Of a stretch of DNA of 64,000 nucleotides, positions 9,211 through 19,590 are shown piece by piece. Location of the stretch: the IMG/VR virus record IMGVR_UViG_3300033233_000003, one strand, 5' to 3'. Under the pieces are notes generated by a model. That model ran no database searches, was not told the origin of the DNA, and saw only the letters and a list, made by a program, of their open reading frames with translations. The stretch is from an uncultured virus (IMG/VR IMGVR_UViG_3300033233_000003). Lineage: Duplodnaviria > Heunggongvirae > Uroviricota > Caudoviricetes. Within the stretch, counting starts at the first letter, position 1, and every line of letters starts with the position of its first letter. The position numbers were made by a program, and so were the translations under genes.

Positions 9211-10175
9211 GCGGCTTTCGCTTGCCGAGCAAGAGCCCACGGCGGAAGGACAGGTCGGCCCTCGGCCTTGCGGCGAGCGTGGTGACGGCGAAGTCCGGCA
9301 CTACGGTCGCGCGGACCAAGAAAGATCGAGACTGTTTCTTTGTCACAACCAACTGCCGCTGCGATTTCGCGCAACGAACAGCCCCGCTCGCCCATTTCGG
9401 AGATCCGCCGGTTACGCTCTTCACGCCGCGAAGGTGATGTCGGCGATTTTGGTGCTGCCCTACGCGGCGCGTCAGTGAGGGCAACCGAAACGACAGCATC
9501 AGCGATTGGGTTCGCGAGATTCGGACAATTTCTGGCGTAGTGACCGAGCACTCCGCATTGCGCACAGTGCATCGGCCGCAGTTTCACGGATCGAATCTTG
9601 GCGTACTCGACGAGCAATAGTTGCCTGAATTGCAAGGCTTCATCGAAATCCGCCGTGCGCATCGAAAGCCGTCGACCGCCAATGTTCGTGTACCAAAGGT
9701 TACAGTGAGGGCGTTGGAAGAGTCCCACGCTAGCCCCTTGCACACGCGCATTTTCCTTTTCGCGAGCCCGAGCTTCACGAGCGCAGCATTGTGCCTGAGC
9801 CTTCACCGTCGCTCGTGCAGCACGGTACTCGTTAGCGAACTTCGGATCGGGTCGTCGCGCTGGATCCCAGACGAGGTAGCCGTGCGGCGCATCATAGCGG
9901 TCACCGAACCATGGTGGTTTTTCAGCGCCTAATTGCATCTGTTCGGCGAACAGTTCCTCGATCTCGTTGCTTCTTTCGATCTCCAGGTCCGTCGGCTCTC
10001 TGCGCGGTGGAGTTTCCTCTATCGCGTCCAAGGCTCTTTCTTCGAGTGCTCGCTTACGGACCTGTGAGTTGAAACCTGGTGATCCAAGAGGAGCGTCCAC
10101 AACGATCCGTCGAGCAAGACGCCCTTCGTGCTTATCGACCCCGTGTAGGGCTCTGGTTGCGTGCCACATACGCAA
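9207..10175 (-). CDS. Putative nucleic-acid-binding protein with CCHC zinc knuckle and C-terminal HTH (cargo of C)
   Basis: CAQCGVLGHYARNC; GCSLREIAAAVGCDKETVSIFL. Confidence 0.6.
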   Translation of the reverse strand: MRMWHATRALHGVDKHEGRLARRIVVDAPLGSPGFNSQVRKRALEERALDAIEETPPRREPTDLEIERSNEIEELFAEQMQLGAEKPPWFGDRYDAPHGYLVWDPARRPDPKFANEYRAARATVKAQAQCCAREARAREKENARVQGASVGLFQRPHCNLWYTNIGGRRLSMRTADFDEALQFRQLLLVEYAKIRSVKLRPMHCAQCGVLGHYARNCPNLANPIADAVVSVALTDAPRRAAPKSPTSPSRREERNRRISEMGERGCSLREIAAAVGCDKETVSIFLGPRDRSAGLRRHHARRKAEGRPVLPPWALARQAKAA

Positions 10176-10176
10176 T

Positions 10177-10383
10177 TTATACTCTCCTCTTCGGCTTCAC
10201 GTGCCCGTCGAGCACGTAGCGCGCGGCGACGAGCCGGCCCTTCTTGGCGTTGGCGTGGTTGCCATACGGACACGGCCCCTCAACCATTGTCTTTCGCGCG
10301 TCCACGCACGCGATCTGACCGCACGTCGAGCAGATTCCCACCCAGAGCTTGAGGGGAACGCGCATGGTGAAGACGGCCATCAC
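10177..10383 (-). CDS. Small Cys-rich protein (first cargo gene of C)
   Basis: Start overlaps the transposase stop; CSTC motif. Confidence 0.55.
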   Translation of the reverse strand: MMAVFTMRVPLKLWVGICSTCGQIACVDARKTMVEGPCPYGNHANAKKGRLVAARYVLDGHVKPKRRV

Positions 10384-11630
10384 GCCACCCTCCCGACTTC
10401 AGCCGCGAACTTCGCCTCGATCCCAAGCTCCAGCACCGCGAAATTCACGACCACGATGTTGTGGCAGAGCGCCTTGAGATAGACCTCGTTGACCTGCGCC
10501 GGGAACGACTTGCTCCGCACGCTCGCCCCGAACTTCGACTTGATCATGTGGAACGTCGTCTCGACGTTCGATCGCTTGTGGTAGTGGTTCAGGTAGACCT
10601 CGCGGTTCCACTGGAAGAAGTGGTAGAGCTTCTTCCAAAGCTCAGGGCTGTTCGCGCCCGCGCCGGTGCCGTCCTTGAAGGGGATGTAGGGCATTCCGCC
10701 GAGCGCGACGACGTGCGCCATGTTCTCGTGGCTCAGGTAAGCCTTATCGGCGCTGACCTCGGCGATCCGAAACCGCTTGGCCGTCGTGTTCACGAGCCCC
10801 TTGAACTCCGGCGAGTCCGCTGCGTCCTCGCCCGTCACCTGGATCGACGTGACCACGTTCGTTTTCACGCCGCACGTCAGGTGCGCCTTGACCCAGGAGT
10901 GCTCGCTGCGCTCCTTGCCGTACTTGTGGTCAAACCACCGACGGTAGACCGTGGTCGAGAAGCCCGAGGAGTCCACTGCGAAGTCGCTCTCGATCGTCAC
11001 GAGCGGCGACGCACTTTCCTCGACCATCGCCTTGAGCAGCGGCGTGACGCCGGGGTCCGCGATCAGGTTCAGGATGCTCTGGTAGCAGGGGGCCTTGTCG
11101 ATCAGACCCTTCACCTGCTCCGTGCGTACGTCGGTGTGTGCCCGTCGAGCGCTTTGCGTCGAGTAGACCTTGGTGGCCGCCGCGAACACGAGGTCGGCGA
11201 GCAGGTGCCGGGGGCGCCCCATCGGCTGCGCCGGCTGGACGATGCCCTTGCACAAGTCGCGGAGCAGGAGCGCGAACCGCTCCTTCTCGTGGACCTGCGC
11301 CGCGTTGTACTTCGCCCAATCCTGAGAGTACGTCGCGCGGAGCGTCGTGGTGATGACAGTGCCGTCGGGCATCTCGTGGCGTCGAACGATCTCGACCGCG
11401 ATGACGTGCTTGCAGGGCTGCTGGCGCGTCTCGTAGTCCGGGCAGGAGCATTCCCAGGAGGGCATCGCCCCGAAGCCTCCGAGGGTGGAGGACGTGACGA
11501 CGTAGCTCCCGCCGTGGGTGGACGAGGGCACGACCCACGCGGGGCTGCGCTTCACGATCCGCTTTGCTTTCGCGATCTCGACCGCCCGCATCGCCCGTAC
11601 CGCCTGCCCTGCTGCCTGGATGTCCGCCAT
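10380..11630 (-). CDS. SWIM zinc finger-DDE transposase, element C
   Basis: CSCPD...CKH; AVDSSGF, SADKAY, YHKRSNVETTFHMIK. Confidence 0.92.
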   Translation of the reverse strand: MADIQAAGQAVRAMRAVEIAKAKRIVKRSPAWVVPSSTHGGSYVVTSSTLGGFGAMPSWECSCPDYETRQQPCKHVIAVEIVRRHEMPDGTVITTTLRATYSQDWAKYNAAQVHEKERFALLLRDLCKGIVQPAQPMGRPRHLLADLVFAAATKVYSTQSARRAHTDVRTEQVKGLIDKAPCYQSILNLIADPGVTPLLKAMVEESASPLVTIESDFAVDSSGFSTTVYRRWFDHKYGKERSEHSWVKAHLTCGVKTNVVTSIQVTGEDAADSPEFKGLVNTTAKRFRIAEVSADKAYLSHENMAHVVALGGMPYIPFKDGTGAGANSPELWKKLYHFFQWNREVYLNHYHKRSNVETTFHMIKSKFGASVRSKSFPAQVNEVYLKALCHNIVVVNFAVLELGIEAKFAAEVGRVA

Positions 11631-11718
11631 GTTACCTGGATAGACTGGTGTGGCTACACCAGTATTCACCCGATTCGGCCTTGACATGCAGACTATGAGG
11701 TCTACACTAGGCCTAGAC

Positions 11719-11925
11719 ATGACGGACGGCAAGCGGAAGAAGCGTCGGAAGATACAGAGCGAACGGAAAGAGGAGATGTTTCGCGTCCGGGTCACGGACG
11801 AGCAGAAGCGGCTTTTCGCGGCGGCTGCGCAGCGCGCCGGCCTGGACGTATCCGGCTGGCTGCGCTCGCTCGGCATCCGCGAGGCGACGAGTCTGGGCGT
11901 CACGGTCCAGCGAGAGGAAGAGTAG
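11719..11925 (+). CDS. Ribbon-helix-helix regulator (element C)
   Basis: MFRVRVTDEQKRLFAAAAQRAGLDVSGWLR. Confidence 0.85.
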   Translation: MTDGKRKKRRKIQSERKEEMFRVRVTDEQKRLFAAAAQRAGLDVSGWLRSLGIREATSLGVTVQREEE

Positions 11926-12027
11926 CCCGTGCCGGGCGTGGCTCCGCTCGCCGACCCCGACGCGGGGGCGGTCTCTGTGCGTTCGGCTCGCCCGCCCGCG
12001 TTGCCGCAGAAGGGCGCGTGCGCTTCC

Positions 12028-12567
12028 CTAGTGCGTGCCTCCTCCCTGCGCGGAGGCTGGCGTCGGAGCGTCCTGGCCGTCTCTGGAGCGCGGGACGAGG
12101 ATGTAGCGGTAGTTCTTGTGGAAGCCTTCTCGGGCGAGTTCGCCGCGCTTGTGCATCGTGTGCAGGGCGCTCGTGACGGAGGTGTCGATGGTACCCGGTC
12201 GGAGAGTCTGGACGCCCTCGATGATGGCGCGGGGGAGCAGACCGATCGTTTCCGTCGCCAGCACCGCGCGGATCGCTCCTGGCACGGTCGACGAGTCCGA
12301 GTGCTCGACCGCCTCGCGAATCGATCGCATCTCCGTGCCGGATCCGGGTATGGCAGATCCGCGTGGCGGATTGGACACGCGAGGACGACGGCCGACGGAG
12401 ATGGGTCCCATCGATTCAACGGATTCGAGCGCGTCGTCGAGCAGTCGTTGCAGGTGTTCGACGTGCTTTTCGAGCAGTTTCTCTCGCTCGCTCGGAGGCA
12501 GCGAGCGGAGGATGGCGGTGAAGGCGGAAGAGAGGCGAGTAACGTTGCGGGCGGTGTCGGAGGCCAT
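12028..12567 (-). CDS. Winged-HTH accessory protein (element C)
   Basis: TVPGAIRAVLATE...ALHTMHKRGELAREGFHKNYRY. Confidence 0.8.
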   Translation of the reverse strand: MASDTARNVTRLSSAFTAILRSLPPSEREKLLEKHVEHLQRLLDDALESVESMGPISVGRRPRVSNPPRGSAIPGSGTEMRSIREAVEHSDSSTVPGAIRAVLATETIGLLPRAIIEGVQTLRPGTIDTSVTSALHTMHKRGELAREGFHKNYRYILVPRSRDGQDAPTPASAQGGGTH

Positions 12568-12882
12568 GCACGTGAGACGATCCGCGATGTCGAGGGACTC
12601 ACTTCGGAGAGACGAAAAGCGATCGACGACATTATGGGCAAGTCCTACTTCTTGGGCAGGAACGGGGTGACTTCTTGGGCAAGAGCGACATTATTTTCAA
12701 AGCCACGTCGGTCCCACCGGCTCTGTCTTCGTCAAGACGCTGGAATTCTTCCGCGAGCAGGGAGGCTTCCGTCACAAATGGGGCGAAGGCTGGAAGCCCG
12801 TGGTCGCGACCGGCATCGAGGATGCCCGCGAGCACGGCTGCAAGCTGCCCGGCGCGCGACCTTACCCTGAACAGGCGAAGCC

Positions 12883-13260
12883 ATGAGCCTTTTCCTCATC
12901 CTGTTCGGCTTGACGAGCGGCCTCGCCGCAGGCCTCGTCACGTTCTTGCTGCTGCGCAATGTCGCACGGCTTTCGCTCGCGCGAATCGAACGGCTGGAGG
13001 GAGCGCTGGCTGGCATCATCGCCGAGATGGATGGCAGCAAGACGCCAGCCGGCAGCGCACCGCAGGCGACCGCTTCCGAGACTACCAAGAGCAGCGAGCC
13101 AAAGACAGCCGATCCGCCGAAGCTCTCGCGAAGCGATCGCGTGGTGACGCTCATCGGCAAGATGCGTGCGCAGGGTTCCATCATCATGCCTGAGTTCGAG
13201 GCGGCACGAATCATCGACGCGGAGATGGCCGACGAGGAGAAGGAGCGATCGAGACGATGA
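12883..13260 (+). CDS. Hypothetical membrane-anchored protein
   Basis: Hydrophobic N-terminus; ATGA-coupled at both ends. Confidence 0.6.
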   Translation: MSLFLILFGLTSGLAAGLVTFLLLRNVARLSLARIERLEGALAGIIAEMDGSKTPAGSAPQATASETTKSSEPKTADPPKLSRSDRVVTLIGKMRAQGSIIMPEFEAARIIDAEMADEEKERSRR

Positions 13261-13451
13261 AGAAGGTACGAAAAAGTCCCGGTCGCCCGCTCGGCTCGAT
13301 TGAGACAGATGTGCGCAATCACATGTTCCAGGTTCGACTCTCGACTTCCGAGCGTGCGAAGATCCGCGCCGCGGCCCGGCGCGTCGGGCTGACGATCTCC
13401 GCATGGGCGAGGATGACGTTGCTGCGGCAAGCGAAACGGAGGAACGCGTGA
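13257..13451 (+). CDS. Ribbon-helix-helix (MobC/CopG-like) protein of the backbone
   Basis: MFQVRLSTSERAKIRAAARRVGLTISAWAR. Confidence 0.7.
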   Translation: MKKVRKSPGRPLGSIETDVRNHMFQVRLSTSERAKIRAAARRVGLTISAWARMTLLRQAKRRNA

Positions 13452-13762
13452 AGACCATCTGCACCATCGTCGTCTTCGTGGGCTTCGCGCTGTTCACGTT
13501 GGCAGGCTGTCGCGACGCCTCGGAGATGGACAAGGAGAACACGCGACACATCTTCGACAAGCGAAACGAGCGCCTCCGCGAGGCGGTCCCGACGGACACG
13601 TGTCACGAGATCGCGATCCTGATCGAGAACGAGGGCAAGGCGGTGTGCCCGTCGGGCACCTGGCTCTCGACGTGGCACCAGATGGACTCGACGCACCTGG
13701 CCGTGCAATGCAAGTGTCTCGTGGGTCCGGTGCAGGGGACGATCCAACCGAAGCCGATGTGA
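13448..13762 (+). CDS. Putative lipoprotein
   Basis: Hydrophobic leader ending in lipobox LAGC. Confidence 0.55.
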   Translation: MKTICTIVVFVGFALFTLAGCRDASEMDKENTRHIFDKRNERLREAVPTDTCHEIAILIENEGKAVCPSGTWLSTWHQMDSTHLAVQCKCLVGPVQGTIQPKPM

Positions 13763-14090
13763 TTTTCAAAGCGCGGTCGCCTCCGGCGCCGCTTGTCAGA
13801 AAGGAGCTGTTTCTCATGCCCGAGATCGACGAGAAGGCGGTGGCGAAGAAGGTGCTCGAAGAGTGCGTCTCGTGCCGGGTGTTCCTCAAGAAGGCGATCG
13901 GCGAGCGCGTCGCGCTCGTCAAGGACGACCCGGAGGGGCGCATGGTGCGGATCAACGGCGCGTTTCAGGCGCTGCTCATCACCGCGGCGCACATCCTGTG
14001 CGCGGAGGGCGTGCCGAAGGAGGCCTTCGTCAAGGCGGCCGAGGAGTGCTACGGGCTCGCGCAGAAGGAAGTTGCGGCGGGAGGTGCGCC

Positions 14091-14798
14091 GTGAGTAACA
14101 CCGGCACCGGCATCCCTTCCACGCCTCCTGGATTCAGGGGAATCCCGCACTCTACGATCTTCTCGCCGAAGAGCTTTCAAAGTCAGGTCAGCCCTGGCGG
14201 GATGAAGGGGATCTTGGCATCGCTGGAGCAAGAGAAGAAGCTCACGATCGAGAAGTTCGACAAGGCCATCGCGATGGTCGAGGTGCTCGTCCCGCGCGAC
14301 GTGAACGTCAGCGTGAGCTTTGCGGTAGCGGAGAACGATCGGGAAGCCTTCAAGAAGGAGGCCGCCGCGACGGAGAGGGTCGCTGCTGCGAGGGAGGTGG
14401 CCGCTGCGGAGGAGAGGGTTGCGATCTCGAAGGAGAGGGTCAGGATTGCGACGGAGAATGTAGCCTTCGCGACGAAGAGGGCCGTGGCGGCGGAGAAGAG
14501 GGTCGCGGCCTCGATGAAGAAGGCTGCGGTGCGCAAGATCCGAGAGGACAAGAGGGCCAGGAAGTTCAATGGGGTCGCGGTCCGTCGTGTCTCGGCTTCT
14601 CTGAGACGCCCGCTCGTCGGTCACCAGCTCACCGTGCTCAAGCTGATCCCGAAAAGAGACAGCATCAATCTGCCGAATCTCGTGAAGAGGGCAAAGCTCG
14701 AACGCAGCCATGTCGCCGGCATCCTCACCATCCTGACGCGTCGAGGTTTTGCAAAGCGCGTCGGGCGAGGGCAGTACGCACGAGCGGCGAACCGATGA
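14091..14798 (+). CDS. Coiled-coil protein with C-terminal winged-HTH-like segment
   Basis: AAAxERVA repeats; VAGILTILTRRGFAKRVGRGQY. Confidence 0.55.
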   Translation: MSNTGTGIPSTPPGFRGIPHSTIFSPKSFQSQVSPGGMKGILASLEQEKKLTIEKFDKAIAMVEVLVPRDVNVSVSFAVAENDREAFKKEAAATERVAAAREVAAAEERVAISKERVRIATENVAFATKRAVAAEKRVAASMKKAAVRKIREDKRARKFNGVAVRRVSASLRRPLVGHQLTVLKLIPKRDSINLPNLVKRAKLERSHVAGILTILTRRGFAKRVGRGQYARAANR

Positions 14799-15668
14799 CT
14801 GAGTCTACCGTCGATCCCCCGAAGCCGACGGGCAAGCCGGCGACCGAGGTGTCGCTCACGGGGATGCTGATCCCCTGGTCAACGTGGTCGCCTTCGGCGC
14901 CGCTTGGCGAAGACCAACCTGTGCTGCTGAACATGCCGGGCTCGCCGAGCTTCTACCTGCCGTGCTTCACGACGGAAGACAAGCTTCGGCAGACGATGGG
15001 CCGCGCGAAGATCGAATTCCAGAAGATCAAGCGCATCGACGACGGTCGTGAGTTCCTGGCTTCGATCGAAGCTCAGCGAGGCGTTGTCGTCATCGTCGAT
15101 CCGCATTTCCTGGAGAACGGTCGGGTCCGCTTCACGGAGATCCGATCGCCCTCGTACGGCTCTCACGAGGACCCGTCGACGAGCCTCGGCATGCAGGCGG
15201 CGTCGAAGATGACCGCGTCGAACGGGAAGAGCGGTGTTGCGCCATGAGCGCCGTCGGCATGAAGTGTCGCTTCTGCAAGCGATCGCTCCGTGGCATCGGA
15301 AAACTGCCGTCTACCACTGCCAGCGTAGCGACATCGCTTCATGACACGTTCACGGAACGTTTCAACCGAAAATGTCCGAAGTCGTCAGATGGGGCATGTT
15401 GGCGACAGACCCAGACAGTCGTCAAAGCAGGCTCCGGCAAGAAGGCCATGAACATCGTCTTCGACGACGCCGCCGTGCCCTCGCGCGGAGCGCGCCTCGG
15501 CACTCGCGCACGCTGGGCGTCGGAGTACCTGAGGCGCTTCTTCTCCGGTCAGAAGGCCGACAAGAAGAGCATCAGCCTCGCGCTCAAGTGGATCGACGAG
15601 GCGATCGAGAGATGCAGCGCTCCAGCGACGTCGAAGACGACCGCGTTGGGACCGAGGGAGGAGCTGAC

Positions 15669-16109
15669 GTGAGCCGGCCCGGGACCCTCGACTGCTGCCG
15701 AGACGGAGACGATCCGGAGCAGAAGCTTCATCGTCGAGACTGCGACTGGATCGCACGCAAACGCCGCGAGTTCCGCCCCGGGCTCTATCGGCACTACAAG
15801 GGCGGCGTCTACCACGCGATCTGCCTCGTCACGCACCACGATACGCGGCTGCCGATGGTGCTCTACGAGTCCTACACCTACGGAGGCACGAACGTGCGTC
15901 CGCTCGTCGGCTGGCCTGGAGATCCGGACGGCTGGATCGACGAGATCGAGACGTTGCCGGCCGAGGCTCTGCCGAACGGGATGACCCGGGTGTTTCCGTC
16001 GAAAATCTTCCGCTTCGAGTTCGTCGGCGAGCTTCCGAGCGACGAGAAGATCGCCGATCGCGTCGCTGCGTTCGAGGGCTTGCGGAGCACCACCAAGGTG
16101 TCAGGATAG
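15669..16109 (+). CDS. DUF1653-like protein
   Basis: PGLYRHYKGGVY...HHDTRLPMVLYES...VRP. Confidence 0.75.
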   Translation: MSRPGTLDCCRDGDDPEQKLHRRDCDWIARKRREFRPGLYRHYKGGVYHAICLVTHHDTRLPMVLYESYTYGGTNVRPLVGWPGDPDGWIDEIETLPAEALPNGMTRVFPSKIFRFEFVGELPSDEKIADRVAAFEGLRSTTKVSG

Positions 16110-16114
16110 GTTCC

Positions 16115-16616
16115 ATGCTTCGCGCCGGCGACAATTTCAAGAGCTTCGATGCCCATCATTGTGGGGGCTTCGGCTTCGATGGCCTGCCGCCTGGCTATTC
16201 ACCTCAGATGCCGCGCCTCGCGATCGTCGCCGGGATGAGCAAGGCTCCCATGAAGGCTCGCTCGACGACCGTCGAGATGACCCTGGAGAGCGCCGTCGTC
16301 CTCCGAGCGCTCGTCGTGCCCCTGCACTGCGTCGACGTCTTGATCGAGGCCATCCGCGTGGACGGTCACGATCTCATCGTAGACACGAGAGGCGTTCCCT
16401 ACGCCGCGATCGCCGGCGCGCAGGAGCGCGGGTCTATCAGCAGCGCGGTCGCGCACCGAAAGGTGACGATCGTCGGCAAGCGCTGGGTCGAGCGACGCCG
16501 TCGCTTGGAGATTCGTCGGAAGGGATCCACCGTCCGAACCAAGTTCGTGGAACGCGTGGTCTCGCGCACGTCTCGAAGGACGAGGTTCTCCGTCGCGCTG
16601 CAGTGCATGGTCCTTC
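16115..16616 (+). pseudogene. Hypothetical gene interrupted near its 3' end by IS1595
   Basis: Frame resumes after the right TSD: ...CMVLPAPTRSPSAPLVRGA*. Confidence 0.6.
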
Positions 16617-16772
16617 CATGCTCATCCGGTTAGGTGGTACAGTGCAATGGTTTCGCACACTTAGGCCCTTTCGTCAGAAATCGATGCTTGTACGGTTGAC
16701 GGGGAGAATATCGTGCATATTATCTACGTCAGATAGATGACGGGACGCCAATCCCGGAGAAAGCAGGAGCCC

Positions 16773-16970
16773 ATGGCTAGAACGACCTTCGGAGTTTTCA
16801 ACAGCAATTCGGTGCGAGTCAGTCGGGACGGGTACAACGCTGAGCCCGTCGCAGCCGAGGAGTCGCGACACGCATCGTTCGACGACGCCTACGATGCCGC
16901 CCTCGTCGCCGGTGGCGACCGATGGGTAATCAGCACGAGCGGCACGAGCGAATACGTGCCGGTGGGCTGA
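16773..16970 (+). CDS. Hypothetical passenger protein
   Basis: AGGAG before ATG; inside the IS ends. Confidence 0.55.
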   Translation: MARTTFGVFNSNSVRVSRDGYNAEPVAAEESRHASFDDAYDAALVAGGDRWVISTSGTSEYVPVG

Positions 16971-16973
16971 GCC

Positions 16974-17246
16974 ATGGGCACCAAGGTCATTTTCGGTTTC
17001 GTCAACGTCGCAGTATCCAACCGCAACCCGCTCGGTGATGAGCGCTGGTACGAGACGCGCGCCGAACGCAACACGGCCCTCGCCGCATTCCGCGCGAACG
17101 CCGTGCGTCGTGGCCTGAGTGAGTCGGCATCGATCAGTGGGATCTATCCAGTCGACGAGAAACGTCGGCGCGTCGCCGATCGCCTCGGCGCAAACGCACT
17201 CGATGACATGCTCGCTGACGCCACGCTCGACAGCGAGAACGCCTGA
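16974..17246 (+). CDS. Hypothetical passenger protein
   Basis: Follows the previous ORF by 3 nt; inside the IS ends. Confidence 0.55.
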   Translation: MGTKVIFGFVNVAVSNRNPLGDERWYETRAERNTALAAFRANAVRRGLSESASISGIYPVDEKRRRVADRLGANALDDMLADATLDSENA

Positions 17247-17306
17247 GATAAATCGGCCGGGCGTGGCGCCAACCACCCCGGCCAGGACCCGAAGGAGACT
17301 CGGATC

Positions 17307-18344
17307 ATGTCGGAGGATACCAGTTTGCGATTCCCGAAGTCGTTGCCTGAATTCCAGCGCCTCTTTCCCGACGATGCGGCGTGCGCGGCGTACGTCGAAG
17401 CGCTTCGCTGGCGCGACGGTTTCGCCTGTCCGAAGTGCGGCGAGAAGGGCGAGCCGTTCCGCGATCGACAGCGCATCCACTCGCTCATGTGCCGCGTGTG
17501 TCGAGCGAAAACCTCGCTCATCGCGGGCACCGTCATGGAGCGCACGCACTCCCCGCTGCTGACGTGGTTCTGGGGCGCGTACCTCGTGAGCACGCAGATC
17601 CTCGGCATGTCCGCCTCGAATTTCCAGCGCCAGATCGGCGTCAGTCGGTACGAGACAGCGTTCCAGATCCTGCACAAGCTCCGCGCCGGAATGGTGCGTC
17701 CGAATGTCGACCGCATCGGCGGGGCAGGCGTCGAGGTCGAGATGGACGAGTGCCTGATCGGCGGCGCCACGCGCGGCGAGGGCAAGGGCGTCCATCACAA
17801 GGTCTACGTCGTTGGCTGCGTCGAGGTGCGGCGCCGTCCGCCGACGAAGGACGGGGTCGAGCCCACGAAGTCCAAGATGCGGCGTGCGGGCACGTACGCT
17901 GGCCGCCTAAGGCTCCGCATGGTGCCCGACCGCAAGGGAGAGAGCCTGCTGTCGTTCGCGCGTGAGACCATCGCGCAGGGCTCGCACGTCACGACCGACG
18001 ATTGGTCCGGATACGACAGCCTCGCGGCCGAGGGATTCGAGCACCTTGCAGTCCCCGAGCGAGGCGATCCCGAGGTGGCCGAGCGGTTCCTTCCGCTTAT
18101 CCACCTGGAGTTTTCCAACCTCAAGTCCTGGCTGCTCGGCACTCACCACGGGGTCTCCTCCACGCACTTGCAGGCGTACCTCAACGAGTTCTCGTTCCGT
18201 TTCAATCGCCGGTTCTATCCCTTCAACGCGTTTCGATCGCTGCTCGGCATCGGTGTCGAGTCGCCGAGCGCGACGTACGACGAGCTTTACTCACACGAGT
18301 GGAAGCACCCCGTCGCGCGCGGGCCTTTCCAGCTAACCGGATAG
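17307..18344 (+). CDS. IS1595-family (ISXO2-like) transposase
   Basis: LRWRDGFACPKCG zinc ribbon, VEMDE, TTDDWSGY, HLQAYLNEFSFRFNRR. Confidence 0.93.
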   Translation: MSEDTSLRFPKSLPEFQRLFPDDAACAAYVEALRWRDGFACPKCGEKGEPFRDRQRIHSLMCRVCRAKTSLIAGTVMERTHSPLLTWFWGAYLVSTQILGMSASNFQRQIGVSRYETAFQILHKLRAGMVRPNVDRIGGAGVEVEMDECLIGGATRGEGKGVHHKVYVVGCVEVRRRPPTKDGVEPTKSKMRRAGTYAGRLRLRMVPDRKGESLLSFARETIAQGSHVTTDDWSGYDSLAAEGFEHLAVPERGDPEVAERFLPLIHLEFSNLKSWLLGTHHGVSSTHLQAYLNEFSFRFNRRFYPFNAFRSLLGIGVESPSATYDELYSHEWKHPVARGPFQLTG

Positions 18345-18445
18345 GTGCGCGATGCGATCTCACTTTACTACCTCGCAACCGGATAAGCATGGGTCCTTCC
18401 TGCGCCAACGCGGTCGCCTTCGGCGCCGCTGGTGAGAGGTGCTTG

Positions 18446-19590
18446 ATGATCGAGAAGACGCTGTCTTTGGACGAGATGAAGGCGCTCTACCGACAGGTGA
18501 TGGGCGGCAGCTGGGGCGTCGACTTCGACGAGAAGGGCGCGCGCTTCACCGCGCGTCAGTACGACGGCATGGACGGCTGCTGGACCGACCTCCACGAGGC
18601 TACGAACGTCTCGATCGAGGAGGCGCTGAAGGCCTGGGTCGACGGCACCGAGGGCGGCACGCGCTGCACGAAGTATGACCACATCGACTACTACGTGATC
18701 TTTCCGGCGGACACGCGCATGGTCTGGGACGGAAGTCCCGGAAGAGAGATGCATCGATCATGAGCAAGTTCAAAGTGTTCCTGGACGTGACGACGCGGAT
18801 CATGGTCGGCGTCGCCGCCGACGACGCGGACATGGCGGTCTACCGCGTGAGGCAGCGCGTCGAGAAGGACCTCACCGACGATCAGAAGATCGGCGAGTTC
18901 AACGCCGAAGCGACCGAGGAGGCTGAGGGGAAAAGCGGCCGCGTGCTCACCGCCGAGGAGCTGGCCTACTGCAACGGGCGCTTTTATGGAATCGGTCACG
19001 ACACCGACGCCTTCGACGGCCTGCAGTGGAGTCACCTCGTGGACGACTCGATCGCGATCTGTCGCACTCGCGAATTGTGGATGTCAGCGCCAGGGCTACG
19101 CACGGGATGCGAGAAGGACGGAGAAGTGCGGATCTCGTGTGCCTTCTGTCTCGCGACGCTCGAACGTGAAATGATCTACGACGGCCTCTGGCTGAAGCAC
19201 CACAGTCGACGCAATGGGGCTCGCGCGGCGGCCAAAATCGAATACCTGGGCGACGGAGAGCATGCGCTCCTCGTCAACGACATCGTCGTGATCAAGTCCC
19301 GTCTCGATCAGGACCATCTTCATCAGCTTGCGGAGAAGATCAACGGTGGCGGTCCGTGGCCATGGCGAAACTCGAATGGTGAGGGGTTGGCTCCCGTGAT
19401 CGAGAGAGGCCCGATCGAAGTCGGAACGAGCCAGGAAAGCATGCTCGCCGCACATCAGGCCCGAGAGGAGGCACTCTACGACGCGCTCTCGGAAGCCCGA
19501 AGGGCTTGCGGGCAGCTGAAAGACGACGAGGTCGTGAGTCCGTGCATCGATAGAATCAAGGCCCTGATCGAGGCCGTGAAGGAGTCATGA
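18446..19590 (+). other. Two coupled hypothetical ORFs (18446-18763, 18760-19590)
   Basis: ATGA overlaps; no family recognised. Confidence 0.6.

Larger units (their letters stand above)
8703..12704 (-). mobile_element. Element C: complete SWIM-DDE cargo transposon (4002 bp)
   Basis: 9-bp TSD ACGTCGGTC at 8694-8702 and 12705-12713. Ends GGCCTTG / CAAAGCC. TGCCCAAGAAGT repeats near both ends. Confidence 0.92.
8591..12886 (+). pseudogene. Small backbone gene split by element C
   Basis: Joining 8591-8702 to 12714-12886 restores one ORF: MIEVESENEE...VNVGPTGSVFVK...PEQAKP*. Confidence 0.75.
16617..18391 (+). mobile_element. IS1595-family element with two passenger ORFs
   Basis: 8-bp TSD GGTCCTTC at 16609-16616 and 18392-18399; IRs CATGCTCATCCGGTT / AACCGGATAAGCATG. 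Confidence 0.9.

Noticed and set aside
6343..11684. Long antisense ORFs over the transposases (6343-7518, 10461-11684) and similar shadows elsewhere
   Set aside because: Typical GC-rich antisense shadows with no motifs, opposite well-supported genes.
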